Below, in pieces: positions 44,022 to 56,845 of a stretch of DNA of 64,000 nt. The notes beneath the pieces were generated by a model that was given only the letters and a program-made list of their open reading frames with translations, had not been told where the DNA came from and did not search any database. Numbering within the stretch: position 1 is the first letter of the stretch; every line of letters starts with the position of its first letter. This DNA is from an uncultured Nitrososphaeraceae archaeon (GTDB taxonomy: Archaea > Thermoproteota > Nitrososphaeria > Nitrososphaerales > Nitrososphaeraceae), in NCBI GenBank assembly GCA_963825865.1, contig CAWGVG010000021.1:32001-96000 (forward strand), read 5' to 3'. The translations under genes and the position numbers were made by a program.

Positions 44022-45359
44022 ATGCAAATGAGTCCAAAAGCCTTCTATGATGAAGTCTTAAGATTGATGAAAGAACATCACGAATGGTTCAATAAATCAA
44101 TTCCACTTATTGCTAGTGAAAACATACCAAGCCCAGCAGTAAGAGAAGCAATAATGTCAGACTTCGGCAATAGATATGCCGAAGGATGGCCTGGCGAGAG
44201 AGTTTACGCGGGCTGTATTTACATAGATCAGGTAGAGATAATTTGCAACGATTTAGCAAAGAGGGTTTTTAGAGCAGAATTTGCTGATTGTAGAGCGACA
44301 TCTGGCGTAGTTGCAAATCTTGCAATTTATGCCGCATTCTCAAATCCAGGAGATCATATGATGGCTGCTTCTATTCCTAACGGAGGACATATTTCACATG
44401 GGAAGAAGGAACACTTTGGTACCGCAGGTCTTGTCCATGGACTAAACATTGAACATTATCCCTTTTCAAAGGAAGAGATGACAATTGATGTTGATGCTAC
44501 AAAAAAGAAGATTGAAAAAATGACTTATGATGGCAAAGCACCAAAGATAGGAATGTTTGGAGGAAGTCTGTTTCTCTTTCCACATCCTGTAAAAGAACTG
44601 TCAAATTTTATGCATGACCACGGCATGTATATTAATTATGACGGAGCCCACGTTGCGGGGCTGATTGCTGGTGGAGAATTTCAAGACCCATTAAAGGAAG
44701 GAGCAGATTCCATTACCATGAGCTCACACAAAACTCTCTGGGGACCACAAGGGGGGATTATTGTATCACTAGAAAAACATGCAGACCCAATCAAGAAGGC
44801 AATCTTTCCTGGTAACACCAGCAGCCATCATCTGCACCATGTTGCTGGAAAAGCTATTGCATTAGCAGAATCATTAGAGTTTGGAAAAGATTATGCAAAG
44901 CAAATAATCAAAAATGCTAAGGCACTTGCAGAAGCTCTTGTTGGCCATGGTTTTATGGTGTTAGGTGAAAAACGAGGATACACTGCATCACATCAAATTG
45001 CAGTCGATGTTTCAAAGTTTGGTGATGGTGGTAGTATTGAAAAGAATCTAGAAAAGGCTAACATAATTTTGAACAGACAATTACTGCCAGGAGACATTAA
45101 GGCAGGACGGCACTACATGCATCCAAGTGGAATAAGAATTGGTGTTCCTGAAACAACCAGACTTGGAATGAAAGAAAGTGAGATGAAAGAGATTGCCAGT
45201 TTTATAAAACAGGTAGTTGTTGATATGCATGACCCCAATATAGTGGCGAAAAATGTTGCTGACTTCAGGAAGCAATTCCAAAAAGTGCAGTATGCATTCG
45301 ATAACACGTTAGGTGCATATGAGTACATAAATCTCGTTGTTGGCACCATAAGAAAGTAG
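44022..45359 (+). CDS. glyA: Serine hydroxymethyltransferase
   Basis: LIASEN, RYAEG.PG.R.Y.G, GGHISH, SSHKT..GPQGG. Confidence 0.97.
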   Translation: MQMSPKAFYDEVLRLMKEHHEWFNKSIPLIASENIPSPAVREAIMSDFGNRYAEGWPGERVYAGCIYIDQVEIICNDLAKRVFRAEFADCRATSGVVANLAIYAAFSNPGDHMMAASIPNGGHISHGKKEHFGTAGLVHGLNIEHYPFSKEEMTIDVDATKKKIEKMTYDGKAPKIGMFGGSLFLFPHPVKELSNFMHDHGMYINYDGAHVAGLIAGGEFQDPLKEGADSITMSSHKTLWGPQGGIIVSLEKHADPIKKAIFPGNTSSHHLHHVAGKAIALAESLEFGKDYAKQIIKNAKALAEALVGHGFMVLGEKRGYTASHQIAVDVSKFGDGGSIEKNLEKANIILNRQLLPGDIKAGRHYMHPSGIRIGVPETTRLGMKESEMKEIASFIKQVVVDMHDPNIVAKNVADFRKQFQKVQYAFDNTLGAYEYINLVVGTIRK

Positions 45360-45555
45360 TAAGTCGTATGCGGATATATACAATTATCAGAACATAATCA
45401 GTTTTAGAAAATCTTCTTAAATGTGGAAAGGATTAGTCGTCAATGCATTGTTTAGTTATTATTATCATTCTTTCAATTTTTACTATTAGTATTCTTTGTA
45501 TACATTAAAGAAAATTAAAGTTGTCTCTGATTAACTATAGTTCAGATGGATATGC

Positions 45556-45574
45556 ATATATATATATATATATA
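45556..45574. repeat. (AT)9 microsatellite between glyA and DP2
   Basis: Direct read. Confidence 0.85.
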
Positions 45575-45661
45575 ATAGATTTATTACAAATGTTCAGTAG
45601 GCCAATCTTTTTACGTATCAGTCTTGATTGTTAAACCTACCTTTTAGTAATCTATCGCTAG

Positions 45662-48600
45662 TTAACCCATAAATTCCGTCAGAGTTAACTGTTCTTTCTT
45701 TTGTTCCTTAAAGATTAATTTTAGTTCCATTGTCAAAGATTCAACTCTGCTACGTAAATAATCATTGATTTTGAATTGATTACACAGACTTGTTGCAATA
45801 TTAACATATTTTTCAACTGAACCTTTAGTAACTGTTTGCAAAAGTTCATTTCCACATTCAATACACTTGCCCATAAGTGGTATTCGACGATATTTTTCTC
45901 CACACCTACTGCATCGAAAGGCTTGAGAAGAATATGATCGCATGTTACCCATAATGTCGGGTAAAATGTGTGTCGTAAGTACCATTGATACCACTTCATC
46001 AGGATTGACGGCATTGATTAGTTTTGCAGTAGTTATCTGCATTTCCAATTTTTCATCCATAGTATTGAGTCTAGAATATGCACTTCGCTGACTATTGGTT
46101 GTTAGCAGACCTGTAAAATGAGTAAAGCCATAGTTGAAAAATTGGTTTTCATTTCCAATCCTATTTTTAATAATTTCTATCTTGCTGGCAAAGTCTCCAG
46201 CTTTGGACTGGTTCCATGTTGCTTCGTAAAATTCAAGTGGATAAACTGAAGTGACGTCAATATTATGGGCTTGTCTTTGCACTTCATCGGGCAATACAAC
46301 TGGTTGAATCAATAGTGGTGCATCCATGAGTCCGCCGATTTTATTGGGCAAAAAGTCATATGAAAAGTTTAGCAATGCATCCATCAAAAGCATTATCGAG
46401 TCTGCATCGCCATCACAATCCCTACGTTTTGCAGCGTGCCAGATAGGAGACGCCAGACAGACCTGGGAATCTGTAAAGCCTATAATTCTTCCTATAATAC
46501 CCACAGAAGTGTGTGGTGCGAGCCCAACTATCAGATGTCCTATAAGATCTTCTACGGAGGATGTATTATAGAAAGGTTCAAGTCCATATATTTTTACAAG
46601 TTCTTCATCGATAAATTTGGCTACATTGAGTAAATGTTTAGCGGCATCTAAAGGTATCATTACATCTTGCATCAACAGTTCGACTAACTGATCAGGCGAC
46701 GTCAGTTCCCTGCCAATATAATCCCTTCTATAACCCAATTCTTTTAATTTTCGATATCGACCATGGTCCACTTTGGTTTGAAGTGGGTCAGCGGCTCGTT
46801 GGTTGCGTCAAATCTAATAGTCCCATCCTTGAAAGTATACAGCCCATATTTTTGTCTTAATATTCCTTTTTCTAGTGGCTCGCCTGCCTTGTCCTTGCTC
46901 ATAAGAGCCTTAACACCTTTGAGTGGTTCAGTCGCCATGATTCCAAGTTTTCGTTGTGCTTCTTCAAGTACTGTTTTTAGTGGATAGCTGATAGGGGAGT
47001 AAGTCTTACCCTCCTTACCACACCTATAGCACTGGTTATTGACGGCATCATCTGCAATTTCCTCTCTACAAACTATACATAAATTGCGTAAAGAAGTAAG
47101 AGCACCACAATTACGGCAGTGGGATCCAATTGAAGGAAGTTTACAATTATTACAAAATCTATTTGCGATTTCAGCATAAAATGATTCGTCCTTTGCTGCC
47201 TTCAAAATATCACGTGTTGCACCTCCTTTGATACCAATAGGAAACAATACATGAACAGGTGGTTTCATTTTACGTTCAGCAGCCTTTTCAGGACGCCCAA
47301 CTCTGACTGCAATTGATGAAGCAAATTTTGGCTTGACTTCAACTCCTGATATCTTTGAAATAAATTCGAATGCATCTTTTGCCTTAATACCACTTTTGAC
47401 AGATGCTGTTGATAATCCCGTGGTTGATGGATACGTTATTGTTGCTGGTTCAGAACAGATCAATAACTTGGTCAGCGAATACACCTGATCCATGCTGTTA
47501 ATTTCAATAATATTTGCTATTTTTAATTGAATGGATAACACCTAGTCGTTCCAAGATATCTTTTAACTTTGGATTATCGTTAGGCGAATTGTAAAAAAGA
47601 ATGAATGGGGTTATTATCGTTATTGATATCAACATTCTGTTGCTGGTGCTGTTTTCGTTGTTGACCCTGTAATACTTTTCCCTCAATAATAAAACTTCAT
47701 TTATGCTGACAGAATCCCAATAGAATGAGTATTTTGGATGAAGAGGAATGTTAAACTTTCTGCTGATTTCAAATGCTTCTTCAACTGTTGGAAACATTGT
47801 GAAGGGTTCTTTTGATAATTGAATTAGCCTTTCGCTGATTATTTCTCTCACTTAGTAAGAGATAAACAAGGGATGACGATGTAGACAGTTTCGAATGTAA
47901 TTGTAATGCCCAAATTTCTTCCACATAACTAGCAGGTGGTAGTTGAGCATTATTTTCAAGAAAATCGCCATAACTTATTAAAATATCGCCAAGGTAAATT
48001 ATTTTTTCAATCTTAGGTCGGATCTTAGTAGCCTGTTCTATTGTTAACACGTACATAACATTGCCATCATCAAGCCTAACAAGCGGAGGCTCAATAGTAT
48101 CTACAAGTGCAATAGTTGATGCTTTTCCAGGTACATCCATTTTAATTTGTGTACCCACAACAAAGGCATGATTTAGTAATATAGGCACAGCAGGATGAAT
48201 TCCAATAGTTGCAAAACCGGTATTATAACATCGGCCATACCTTAACCGGAAGCCTCCGATTTTCTTCGACATCGAAAGCACTGGCCTGCCAGTAATCACT
48301 TCAGACATTCTGTGGTGTAGCGGCATCATCCTCATTACCTGTTTGAATTGCCCCCTTGAGATCCTTGAGCCAATTCCAGCCCTCCAGTTTTAATGTTTCA
48401 ACAAGTTTGAGCAACTTTCTACTTCTACCGATCAGACCATCATTCATTACTCTCAGAGCACCACCACGAACCCTATTGGTAGAAATTCTCTTCATTCCTC
48501 TATGTCCCACAACTTCTACCGGATCAGTATCTATACCATCAAGCTCTACTGGCAAATTGACTATACATTTAACTACATCTTCATCTAACACTTTAAACTG

Positions 48601-49230
48601 AAAATTGCCAACTTCACGTTCGTAAATTCTGAGTTCTTCGACAAATCTTCCTGTCTCATCATCGTAGGAGTTTGCAATGTATTTACCTAATCCAGCAATT
48701 TTTCTTACATGGTCTGCTATTAGCATCGTAAATGCGGCCTCAGTTCCTCCCGCAGACCGGATAGGGCCAGCAAACGATATTGAAAGGTATTGGCTTCCGT
48801 CATGAGTTATTTTTTAGTTGTACATCAGCAATTCCTTGTAGAGGAGCAACTGTCACACCTTCTGTAACTATAGCTAGACTAACACGTACAGCATTATCCA
48901 ATTTGGTTCGTAAGTCGCCATTGCCATATTCTCCCATGGCAATTTCTTCAGCAATTTTAAGTGCTGCCTTTTCCTTGGTGGTCCGCGAAAGTAGAGCACG
49001 CAATCGATCTGCGATATCAATATTATGCATTTTTGCAACTCTGTCTGCCAAGTCAAACGCAATTTTTGGTTCTACTCTGTCTACAACATCTAATCCTAGT
49101 TTCCGTGCTTTCGTACCGCAACTCAAAATTCTTTTGTACATTTTTCAAAATATTGTGTTGGTAATTTAAATAATACAATGGCATACGCATATTTTTTAAA
49201 CGAGATTTCAGCCTCATCAATCATTGTCAT
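45662..49230 (-). CDS. polC: DNA polymerase D large subunit DP2 (several indels)
   Basis: TEGVTVAPLQGI, GGFRLRYGR, RVGRPEKAAER, HAAKRRDCDGDAD, C-terminal zinc finger. Confidence 0.97.
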
Positions 49231-49245
49231 GTCATGTTATTGTTG

Positions 49246-49996
49246 TCATCTTCTTATCGTCTTGATAATCGAAGAGAGTTTATCTTCCCAGTTCCCCTCT
49301 TGCTCAATCATTGTACCAATTACAATAATATCTGCGCCTGCTTTAGCTATTTCCTTTGCTGTTTCAGGATCACGAATTCCACCGCCAACTAATAAGTATT
49401 CCTTTATAATGTTTTCTTACAGCCGATACCATGTGTGGCGAGATACTTCTGCATAGCACCTGAGCCAGCCTCAAGGTATAAAAATCTCATACCTAAGATA
49501 CTGTGCTGCCAAGAGAATACATGACTGCAATTCCCGATTTATTGAAAGGAATTCCACGTGCCCGGCCTACAAACCATGCAGTAGTACCTTCCCCGATAAT
49601 TAGCGTAACCAGTTGGCAACGGTTCGATGTCATACTTTTTGACAGCAAGAGCTCCCAGATGCCTGAGCTTCAGTAATAAAGTAAGGATTCTCTGAGTTAA
49701 GTAATGAGTGCTGAAGAGAATAGCATCAGCTCTGGGCGATACTCCCGTGACATTGCCAGGAAACAATATCACAGGAATTTTGATTTGCGATTTGATATTT
49801 GAAACTGTGTCTGCCAGTTCAAGTTGATCAATTGCCGAAGATCCACCTACTAAAATGGCATGAAGCTCCCATTCTTTCAACCTTCTTTGCAATTGAAGAT
49901 GCATCCAGCAGAATTTTCGGAATCTATAAGTGGAAAGCATAATGTGCCATACTTTTTGACCTCACTTTGAATGTAATCCTCGACCTTATTTCTCAT
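49246..49996 (-). CDS. Geranylgeranylglyceryl phosphate synthase (several indels)
   Basis: LID.E, AILVGGS, LFPGNVTG, YLEAGSGA, VGGGIR. Confidence 0.9.
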
Positions 49997-50092
49997 GTCG
50001 CTCCTGAAATGTATCTATTATATACCTTGCTATCAATATACCTCTACATAAGGTTATAGTCCTATAAATCATAAACAAAAAATCTTATTCAG

Positions 50093-50365
50093 CTATTTTT
50101 TATTAATGTAATTGGTATGAACAAGTCCCTCCGTTCTGTTTTGAATCTGCAAAAAACATATTCCCTTCTCCGTTGTTCTATAAGATCGCATTCCATCTTC
50201 ATATTCTATCAAACCATTTTTCTCTAAAACTGCCAAGTATTCCTTTAATTGAACATAAGATAGAAAGGCTTTATACATTATTTTTGTCTTGGTAGCTCCA
50301 CCATTAGCGGCTTCTAGAATCATTTCAGCTATGTCACTTCTGCTTCTATATCGCATCAGAATCAA
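50093..50365 (-). CDS. Winged-helix regulator paralogue 3
   Basis: YRSRSDIAEMILEAANGGATKTKIMYKAFLSY. Confidence 0.9.
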   Translation of the reverse strand: MILMRYRSRSDIAEMILEAANGGATKTKIMYKAFLSYVQLKEYLAVLEKNGLIEYEDGMRSYRTTEKGICFLQIQNRTEGLVHTNYINKK

Positions 50366-50709
50366 AGAGGAAATGAAAGAATAAGTATTTATGCTATCCC
50401 TCTATTTGTACTAAACCCAGTACTAGTTTCTATCAAACATATTACTTTGCAATAGATAATGTATATAATAAGCCTCATTTGTTTGATAACAATTAATTAT
50501 CCTAAGACATATCTGGTTGTCACGTACGATTGACTAATTATGACGAATAGAAGCTAATTATACATAAATTATAATATTCGTATACATAATTGTGATATTT
50601 ATATAATCATATAGGGATTTTATACAGATAGTTAATGATATTCATTTAGGAGTGGACAATTACGATCCCAGATCAGACAATAACTTATATTGAAGTCGCC
50701 TATACAGAT

Positions 50710-51093
50710 TTGTATAGCTTTATGATAAAGCAGGAAACTAATTTTAATTACATTTATAAAAATATTATTGCAAATTCTTTCTTCACTGAAAGACAAATAT
50801 ATATTATTTCTAAAAGGTTGATTGGTAAAAATAGAGTAGAAAATATTAGTTCTGGTGCATATTATAGACAGTTAAAGCAGTGTCAGGACAAAGTTATCAG
50901 TCTTTTGTATAGCATACTTCTACTCAGGTCTATAAGAGCTGTTGATGAACAAGCACTTTCCATAATTGACGGATTAGCTGATCAAATAGCCGTGATGTTA
51001 CATACAGAAAATAGTGATATCAACGCTAATGAAAATGTACAAAGTGTGATATCAGTAATGGAACAGATAATTAAAAGAATGTCACAAGTGTGA
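50710..51093 (+). CDS. Hypothetical protein (HTH-like, oriC-proximal)
   Basis: SFFTERQI...ISSGAYYRQL. Confidence 0.7.
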   Translation: MYSFMIKQETNFNYIYKNIIANSFFTERQIYIISKRLIGKNRVENISSGAYYRQLKQCQDKVISLLYSILLLRSIRAVDEQALSIIDGLADQIAVMLHTENSDINANENVQSVISVMEQIIKRMSQV

Positions 51094-51142
51094 AGTAATG
51101 CTACTCATTAAGAATAAATAAAAGTTCTATTACTAGTGTGAT

Positions 51143-51856
51143 ATGACTGGTGATATCTCTGTCTTTATTTGGAAATTTATGATATTTGCTGTGATTTCAT
51201 TTACTGTTGGCGCTGTCAGCATGATAATGTATAATATATTAAAAAAAATGTTTCGAGTATCCAATCTCTGTACTGACAAAGACATTATCGATGCGATTGT
51301 AGCAGAGTATACGTATAGATTAAAGAATTTGGAGAAGACAATTGCCGAATTACGTGTCAAAACAGATACTATGGAAATGCGGATATCACAGCAACCTGCA
51401 TCACAAACTCCTATCATTACTAGCACCTCTGTGACAACTGACCTAGGCAAAGAAGCATCACAGCATCAATCACAGGTAGGATATCCTCCTACATCCTCCG
51501 TAAGTGAGACAGGGGCTATTATTCAGCTGTCGGCGTTACCTGCGACTAAGAGCAATGGAGATGTATATAACAACACTATGGATTATATACTTAAATTGTT
51601 AATTGAAAGACCTAGAACTTCAAGGGAAATACAACACGCCATCAGGAGAACGCGAGAACACACATCGCGTCTTATGAAAAAGCTTCACCAAGCCAACCTT
51701 GTGAGTAGAGATAACAATAGCAAACCCTTCAAATACGCCATTAGTGATGCAGGTCGTATACAGTTGAAGGAACATCAAAAGACAAGTGCTGCTGTTGCTG
51801 ATGGTATGCAGGCTCTTGTTGACGCGCCTGAGTCTCAATTACAGACGACGGTCTAG
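51143..51856 (+). CDS. Membrane-anchored coiled-coil protein with C-terminal winged helix
   Basis: N-terminal TM helix, heptads (YRLKNLEKTIAELRVK), RTSREIQ..RTREHTSRLMKKL..LVSR..KPFKY. Confidence 0.75.
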   Translation: MTGDISVFIWKFMIFAVISFTVGAVSMIMYNILKKMFRVSNLCTDKDIIDAIVAEYTYRLKNLEKTIAELRVKTDTMEMRISQQPASQTPIITSTSVTTDLGKEASQHQSQVGYPPTSSVSETGAIIQLSALPATKSNGDVYNNTMDYILKLLIERPRTSREIQHAIRRTREHTSRLMKKLHQANLVSRDNNSKPFKYAISDAGRIQLKEHQKTSAAVADGMQALVDAPESQLQTTV

Positions 51857-52257
51857 ACTATTTTATATATCCATTCTTTTCCTTTTTTGTTTCTGTCTAC
51901 CTTGCCTCTTTCACAATATCTAGACAAATAAGTTGAAATTATACTTAATAATATAGGTTCGTTATACTCGTCCTCGTATATCTCCTGGATATCTGATGAA
52001 GTAAAAGTGGTATATGGAAATTTATTTTCAACAATACCCCATATCTTAGAGCCAACTGAGGCCAAATTCTTGTTCAGTTGACTTTTCATATTATTGTTGT
52101 CAGTATTATTATTTTGTCCTTTTATGTCAAGGACTTCAATTAATTCAAAGACCTTCATTATCTTCTCTTTTGACATATTACCTTCTAAAGAAAGGTTATA
52201 CTTGCCTCCATCGGCATCCTCAAGTTCTATCTTTATTTTCTTTTTACCCAAGGTCAA
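51853..52257 (-). CDS. Hypothetical protein with C-terminal winged helix
   Basis: FTSSDIQEIYEDEY....ISTYLSRY..RG...KGKEWIY. Confidence 0.7.
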   Translation of the reverse strand: MTLGKKKIKIELEDADGGKYNLSLEGNMSKEKIMKVFELIEVLDIKGQNNNTDNNNMKSQLNKNLASVGSKIWGIVENKFPYTTFTSSDIQEIYEDEYNEPILLSIISTYLSRYCERGKVDRNKKGKEWIYKIV

Positions 52258-52329
52258 TCTAGAGCATCTTTTACTTGTTAATCATATTAGCACCTTAACA
52301 CTTAACACAGCTACTCATAATTTTGATAA

Positions 52330-52790
52330 CAAAGAGATTAGTTTTTGTTAACTTTGTATGAGAGAAGATTATAATAGTGTTAACGACTTCAGCTGTTAAT
52401 TATCCTAATCATTTTATTAATGTTTTTTCGATTCCAGTAGAAATTAAGGGGTCTGATTCAATGATATTAACAGTGTTAACGACTACCTTAACAGTCCAGT
52501 GGAAATAAGGGGGTCATATTTTACCTGCTTTCTCTACTATCAATAATTCTGTTAATATATTGTTAATACCCGATACTTTTTTAGAATCCACACCCCACCA
52601 TTTCCTGTGTGCATCATCTACTCATAATCTAAAAAATTATAATTAAATATTTTATATAATAGTTAATATTACTTGATTTAGTGGTTTATAAATAAAATGT
52701 TAACATGTTGTTAACATACGGTAAGAAGTCTTCTTATATGTGGAAAGGAAAAACAGGGGTGTGGGCAAGATCAGACTTGCGTAGAAATGG
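52330..52790. promoter_or_regulatory. Chromosomal replication origin (oriC) with ORB elements and AT-rich unwinding region
   Basis: TTCCAGTAGAAATTAAGGGG (52432) and GTCCAGTGGAAATAAGGGGG (52494); AT-rich 52620-52720; directly upstream of cdc6. Confidence 0.9.
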
Positions 52791-52793
52791 TGA

Positions 52794-54021
52794 ATGAATT
52801 TGAGCGATGATTTGCTTGACAATATTTTTGAAAGAGTCGCTACAGGAAAAATACTGATCAAGAACCGCCGGACCTTGGCAATAGATTATGTACCTGAAAA
52901 ACTTTCATTTAGGGATGAGGAAACCAAAACAATTGCACAGGCATTATCAGTGGTTTTAAAAAGAGCAAGACCATCTAATCTCCTGTTATTCGGTAAACCT
53001 GGCACCGGAAAGACTGCAGTAGTGAAAAACGTAATTGAACGCCTATACAAAAAAGCCAAGGAACTTGGAATAGAAATTATAGTACCATTTGTAAATACAA
53101 AAACTGCAAACACTGCATACAAAGTTCTCTATGAAATTGCCGAGGATATGGGTATTAACAAAGGTGAAAAGAAATTACACGTACATTTTACTGGACTGTC
53201 AATGGGCGAGGCAACAGATAGAATTCTTGATTTCATTCAAAAGAAAAAATTTTACGTCATTCTGGTATTTGATGAAATTGATTCACTCGTTGACAAAAAC
53301 GGTGATGATATATTATATAATTTTACAAGGGCAAATGAGCGAATTTCTGAAACAGGGTTTATCAGTCTAATTGGAATATCTAACAGCCTTACATTCAAAG
53401 ATAAACTTGACCCTCGCGTTCGAAGCAGCCTGAGTGAAGAAGAGATGGTATTCAATCCATATACAATAGAGCAATTACGAAAAATTCTATCAGATAGGGC
53501 TAAACTCGCATTTAACGACGATGCAATATCGGGCGGCAGCAATCAATTTGTGTGCGGCAATGGCTGGTAAGGAAAATGGTGATGCAAGAAAAGCAATTGA
53601 TTTATTAAGAGTTGCTGCTGAAATTGCTGAAAGAGAAAGAGTGTCTAAAGTTGAAGAAAAGCATATCCGGTTAGCACAAGAAAAAATTGAAAAAGATACT
53701 AATTATGAAGTTATAAAAAATTCTACTACTCATACTAAAATAGTAATATTGGCGATAATGAAATCAAAAAATGGAAATACTGGTGAGGTATACGAAATTT
53801 ATTCGTCATTTTGCAAGCATAGTGAGCAAGAACCACTTACACAACGTCGTATAACACAAATAATAAGTGAGCTCGACCAACTTGGTCTGATAACAAGTAA
53901 TGTAGTAAGCCAGGGGAGATATGGTCGGTCACAAAGAATCAAAATTACCGTCCCGACCTTGACTATCAAAGAAGCACTAAAAGATGATCTAATCCTTTCT
54001 ACATTATTGTTAAAGGATTGA
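52794..54021 (+). CDS. cdc6: Orc1/Cdc6 replication initiator (one frameshift)
   Basis: GKPGTGKT, FDEID, LDPRVRSSL, GDARKAIDLLR, GRYGR. Confidence 0.97.
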
Positions 54022-55539
54022 AGTCCATTTGAAAGGGCTGAAAGAGTAGCTAGATTAATTAGAATTGCAATTCCAGGAGTTGGCATAATGCCCATAGTCT
54101 GTTGATATTTGGTTTGCGCTTGCCATGCACCTGAATTAACGATTAAAGTTCCTCGATAATTTTGAACATCTATAATATGGATGTGTCCTGAATGTAATAT
54201 ATCTGGGACCTCAGTAATTACCATCATATCCTCCTGTTCTGGTGCTATAGGGTACGCTTCCCATATATTGGAGATAGATGTCTAGCTTTGAGTAACACCT
54301 TCATTGCCTCTGCTGGCTTTGAGTATGTTAGACCAGGAGTTGTAGCAATAATGTCATCTAAGCTCTGTCCGTGATACATCAATACTTTTACACCATTTAA
54401 TTCTAACAAACTAGGATTTCCAAGCATTGTAAAATTCTCAAAAGTATATAATTTATCAGAATCCTTTCTTGGCAGTGATGGTTGTGGGAAGCTCTTCTAC
54501 CCTGATCATGGTTACCAGGAATTATAAAAACCTTGATATGGTTTGGAATTTTAGCAAGCAAATCTATGGCATGTGTCATTTGCTTGATTGTATCCATTTC
54601 AAGTAATTCTCTATCCTGATTGGGAAATATACCGATACCATCAATTAAATCCCCTCCAATACACACAAACTTGATCTTGCGTACAATTTCATCGTCGGTT
54701 GACGAAAGCCAGTTTAAAAATCTAATAAATTCTGCTTCCATGAAATATTTACTACCAATATGAAGATCCGAAATTAAAACTACATAGGATTCCGATTTTG
54801 ATCTGATTAGGAAGATGATCCGGAATGTCTGGAGAAGTCAGATTCTTTATAACAAACCCTTGGATTTCTTTCTTAATATATTCGACCTCTAACATCACCA
54901 TTTGGTCCAGAGTAAGCATTGAAGCCTGCTTCTTTAATTCATCAGTAACTGTAAGGGCGCTCATAGTTCCGCTGTAGTCATCAATTACTATCTCCAACCC
55001 TTTCTTCCTTGAATGCCTGGACATTAGCAAACCGGCTATGATAGAAGAGGAATTTATACTCAAATCCCTATGAGTGTCGTACTTCTTCTTACCTTTGCAT
55101 TATTTGCTTTCTGTTTTACAGATGCAATTTTTGTAATTCGCTTGCTATCCGGGCGTAATGCTAAGATGCGAAGTGATTTTTCAAACCGACTGCGGAAAAG
55201 TGCAGTATAACCTTCAACTCCCTCTCCAGAGTTAATGCTGAAAGTCGGATCTAAAATTACTTTATGGGAATTCTGCTCGGGAAAAGAATTAACAGCAAGA
55301 CCAATACTATTAACATCATTGGCAGTAATTTTGCTTTCTGGATTGATAAGGTTCTTGATATCCTCAACTACAATAAGAGAACTTTCTTTTTGTTTGATCT
55401 TCATTTTAACAATGTCTTGGATGATCTTTAAAGCATTGGTATCAAGACCTTTGAGCATCGCAAAAGCATCAGGATGTACTTGATATCCATTACTAGTAGC
55501 ATAGGATAGTGCATTAAAAATTTCTCTTTGCAAAGTCAA
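53999..55539 (-). CDS. polB: DNA polymerase D small subunit DP1 (several indels)
   Basis: SDLHIG, GDLIDGIGIFP, PGNHD, HGQSLDD, RHLSP.YG, HSGHIH, WQAQT. Confidence 0.95.
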
Positions 55540-55612
55540 GCTAGTTGCTATTTTTTTCTACGGATATCATGTTTAATTACATTTCCATATTTGACAAAAC
55601 TAATTATAGAAT

Positions 55613-56173
55613 ATGATGTCATTATTTTACACATTGAATTTTAATATTAAGCGACGTCTTCTCTATTTGGCATTTGGTGCAACTGCTTTTCTGATTGCTT
55701 ATTCTGCGGGCGCAGCCATTACTATGAATAAGAAGGAAGCAGAGGATCTAAAAGGACAATTTGCTAAACAAATTGTAGGTATTGATCAAAACGGAATTTT
55801 TATCAATAACGTGAAGATTGCGATTGGAATGTTTATTCCTGCAGTCGGGACGGGACTAGGAATATTTTCTGGCTTTTCAACAGGAATGGTATTTAGCGCA
55901 ATGGTAAAAGCGTCTTCTCTTAATAATATTCCTCCACTGATAATTCTACTTACACCATTTGGAATTATGGAAGTTTTTGCTTACGGCTTAGCAATGTCTA
56001 GAAGTGGTATGATCATTTATCAACTTGTAAAGAAAAAACCATGGAGAGAATATGTTATCCCTACACTTATCGAGATCGGAATCGTTGTAGTGGTCTTGTT
56101 TGTAGCAGCCATAATTGAGTGGCAGCTGATAGAACAGTTTGGTAGACTTAATGTCAGTCGTCATAGCATATAA
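55613..56173 (+). CDS. SpoIIM-like (stage II sporulation protein M family) membrane protein
   Basis: IFINN.KIA, PFGIME, AAIIE. Confidence 0.8.
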   Translation: MMSLFYTLNFNIKRRLLYLAFGATAFLIAYSAGAAITMNKKEAEDLKGQFAKQIVGIDQNGIFINNVKIAIGMFIPAVGTGLGIFSGFSTGMVFSAMVKASSLNNIPPLIILLTPFGIMEVFAYGLAMSRSGMIIYQLVKKKPWREYVIPTLIEIGIVVVVLFVAAIIEWQLIEQFGRLNVSRHSI

Positions 56174-56292
56174 TTTTAATTAAAAATTGGCTTTTTTTAT
56201 ATAATTTTTCTATATATTAATGGGTTTACTTGAAGCAATCATAACTATAAAAACAGAATACTTTAATAATTTGAAAGAACATATGATTCTTT

Positions 56293-56652
56293 ATGTATGA
56301 AATGCTAAAGGATGAGTCGTTGGCTCTTTTATTGCGGGGCTATGACCTGATCCCTAATAGCCCACTTGTAACTAAGATCGCCGTCTATACTCCTGAGATT
56401 GTGGAGACCATTTTGACAGAACATCCAGAAATCGTCGATCGTTGGCTACAAAAATTACATAAGGAGTATATTGATAACAAAAAGACCTGTGATTTTGATA
56501 ATGACCCAACTGCATGCTTTAACCTTGGAGTATATGAAGAATTTGAGAGAAACCTGAAAAGTTGGGAAGAGGGTGGATTAATAAAATTAATACTGCCTGG
56601 AAATAAAGAAATACGGATCAGCAAGCAGCCAATATTCACGCTTGTAACATAA
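56293..56652 (+). CDS. Hypothetical protein
   Basis: 119-aa ORF. Confidence 0.65.
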   Translation: MYEMLKDESLALLLRGYDLIPNSPLVTKIAVYTPEIVETILTEHPEIVDRWLQKLHKEYIDNKKTCDFDNDPTACFNLGVYEEFERNLKSWEEGGLIKLILPGNKEIRISKQPIFTLVT

Positions 56653-56845
56653 CCTCCAACTTACTATACGTGGTATCTTTATCGCTAAAAAGGATCTTTA
56701 ATTTTGCATGTGTTTATCTTATAGTTACTTTTGGATATTGGTATGTGTATATTTTCATAAGTGATGAGGCAAAAAGTCAAAGAAAGAACTGTCAATATAT
56801 GATATGCTAAATTAAAAGCCGCAACAAAAAAGTAATGAAGCGTAA

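Noticed and set aside
45662-55539. Programmed frameshifting, split genes or inteins in DP2/DP1/cdc6
   Set aside because: Breaks are numerous and scattered as expected for read errors; total lengths are normal and no intein motifs are seen
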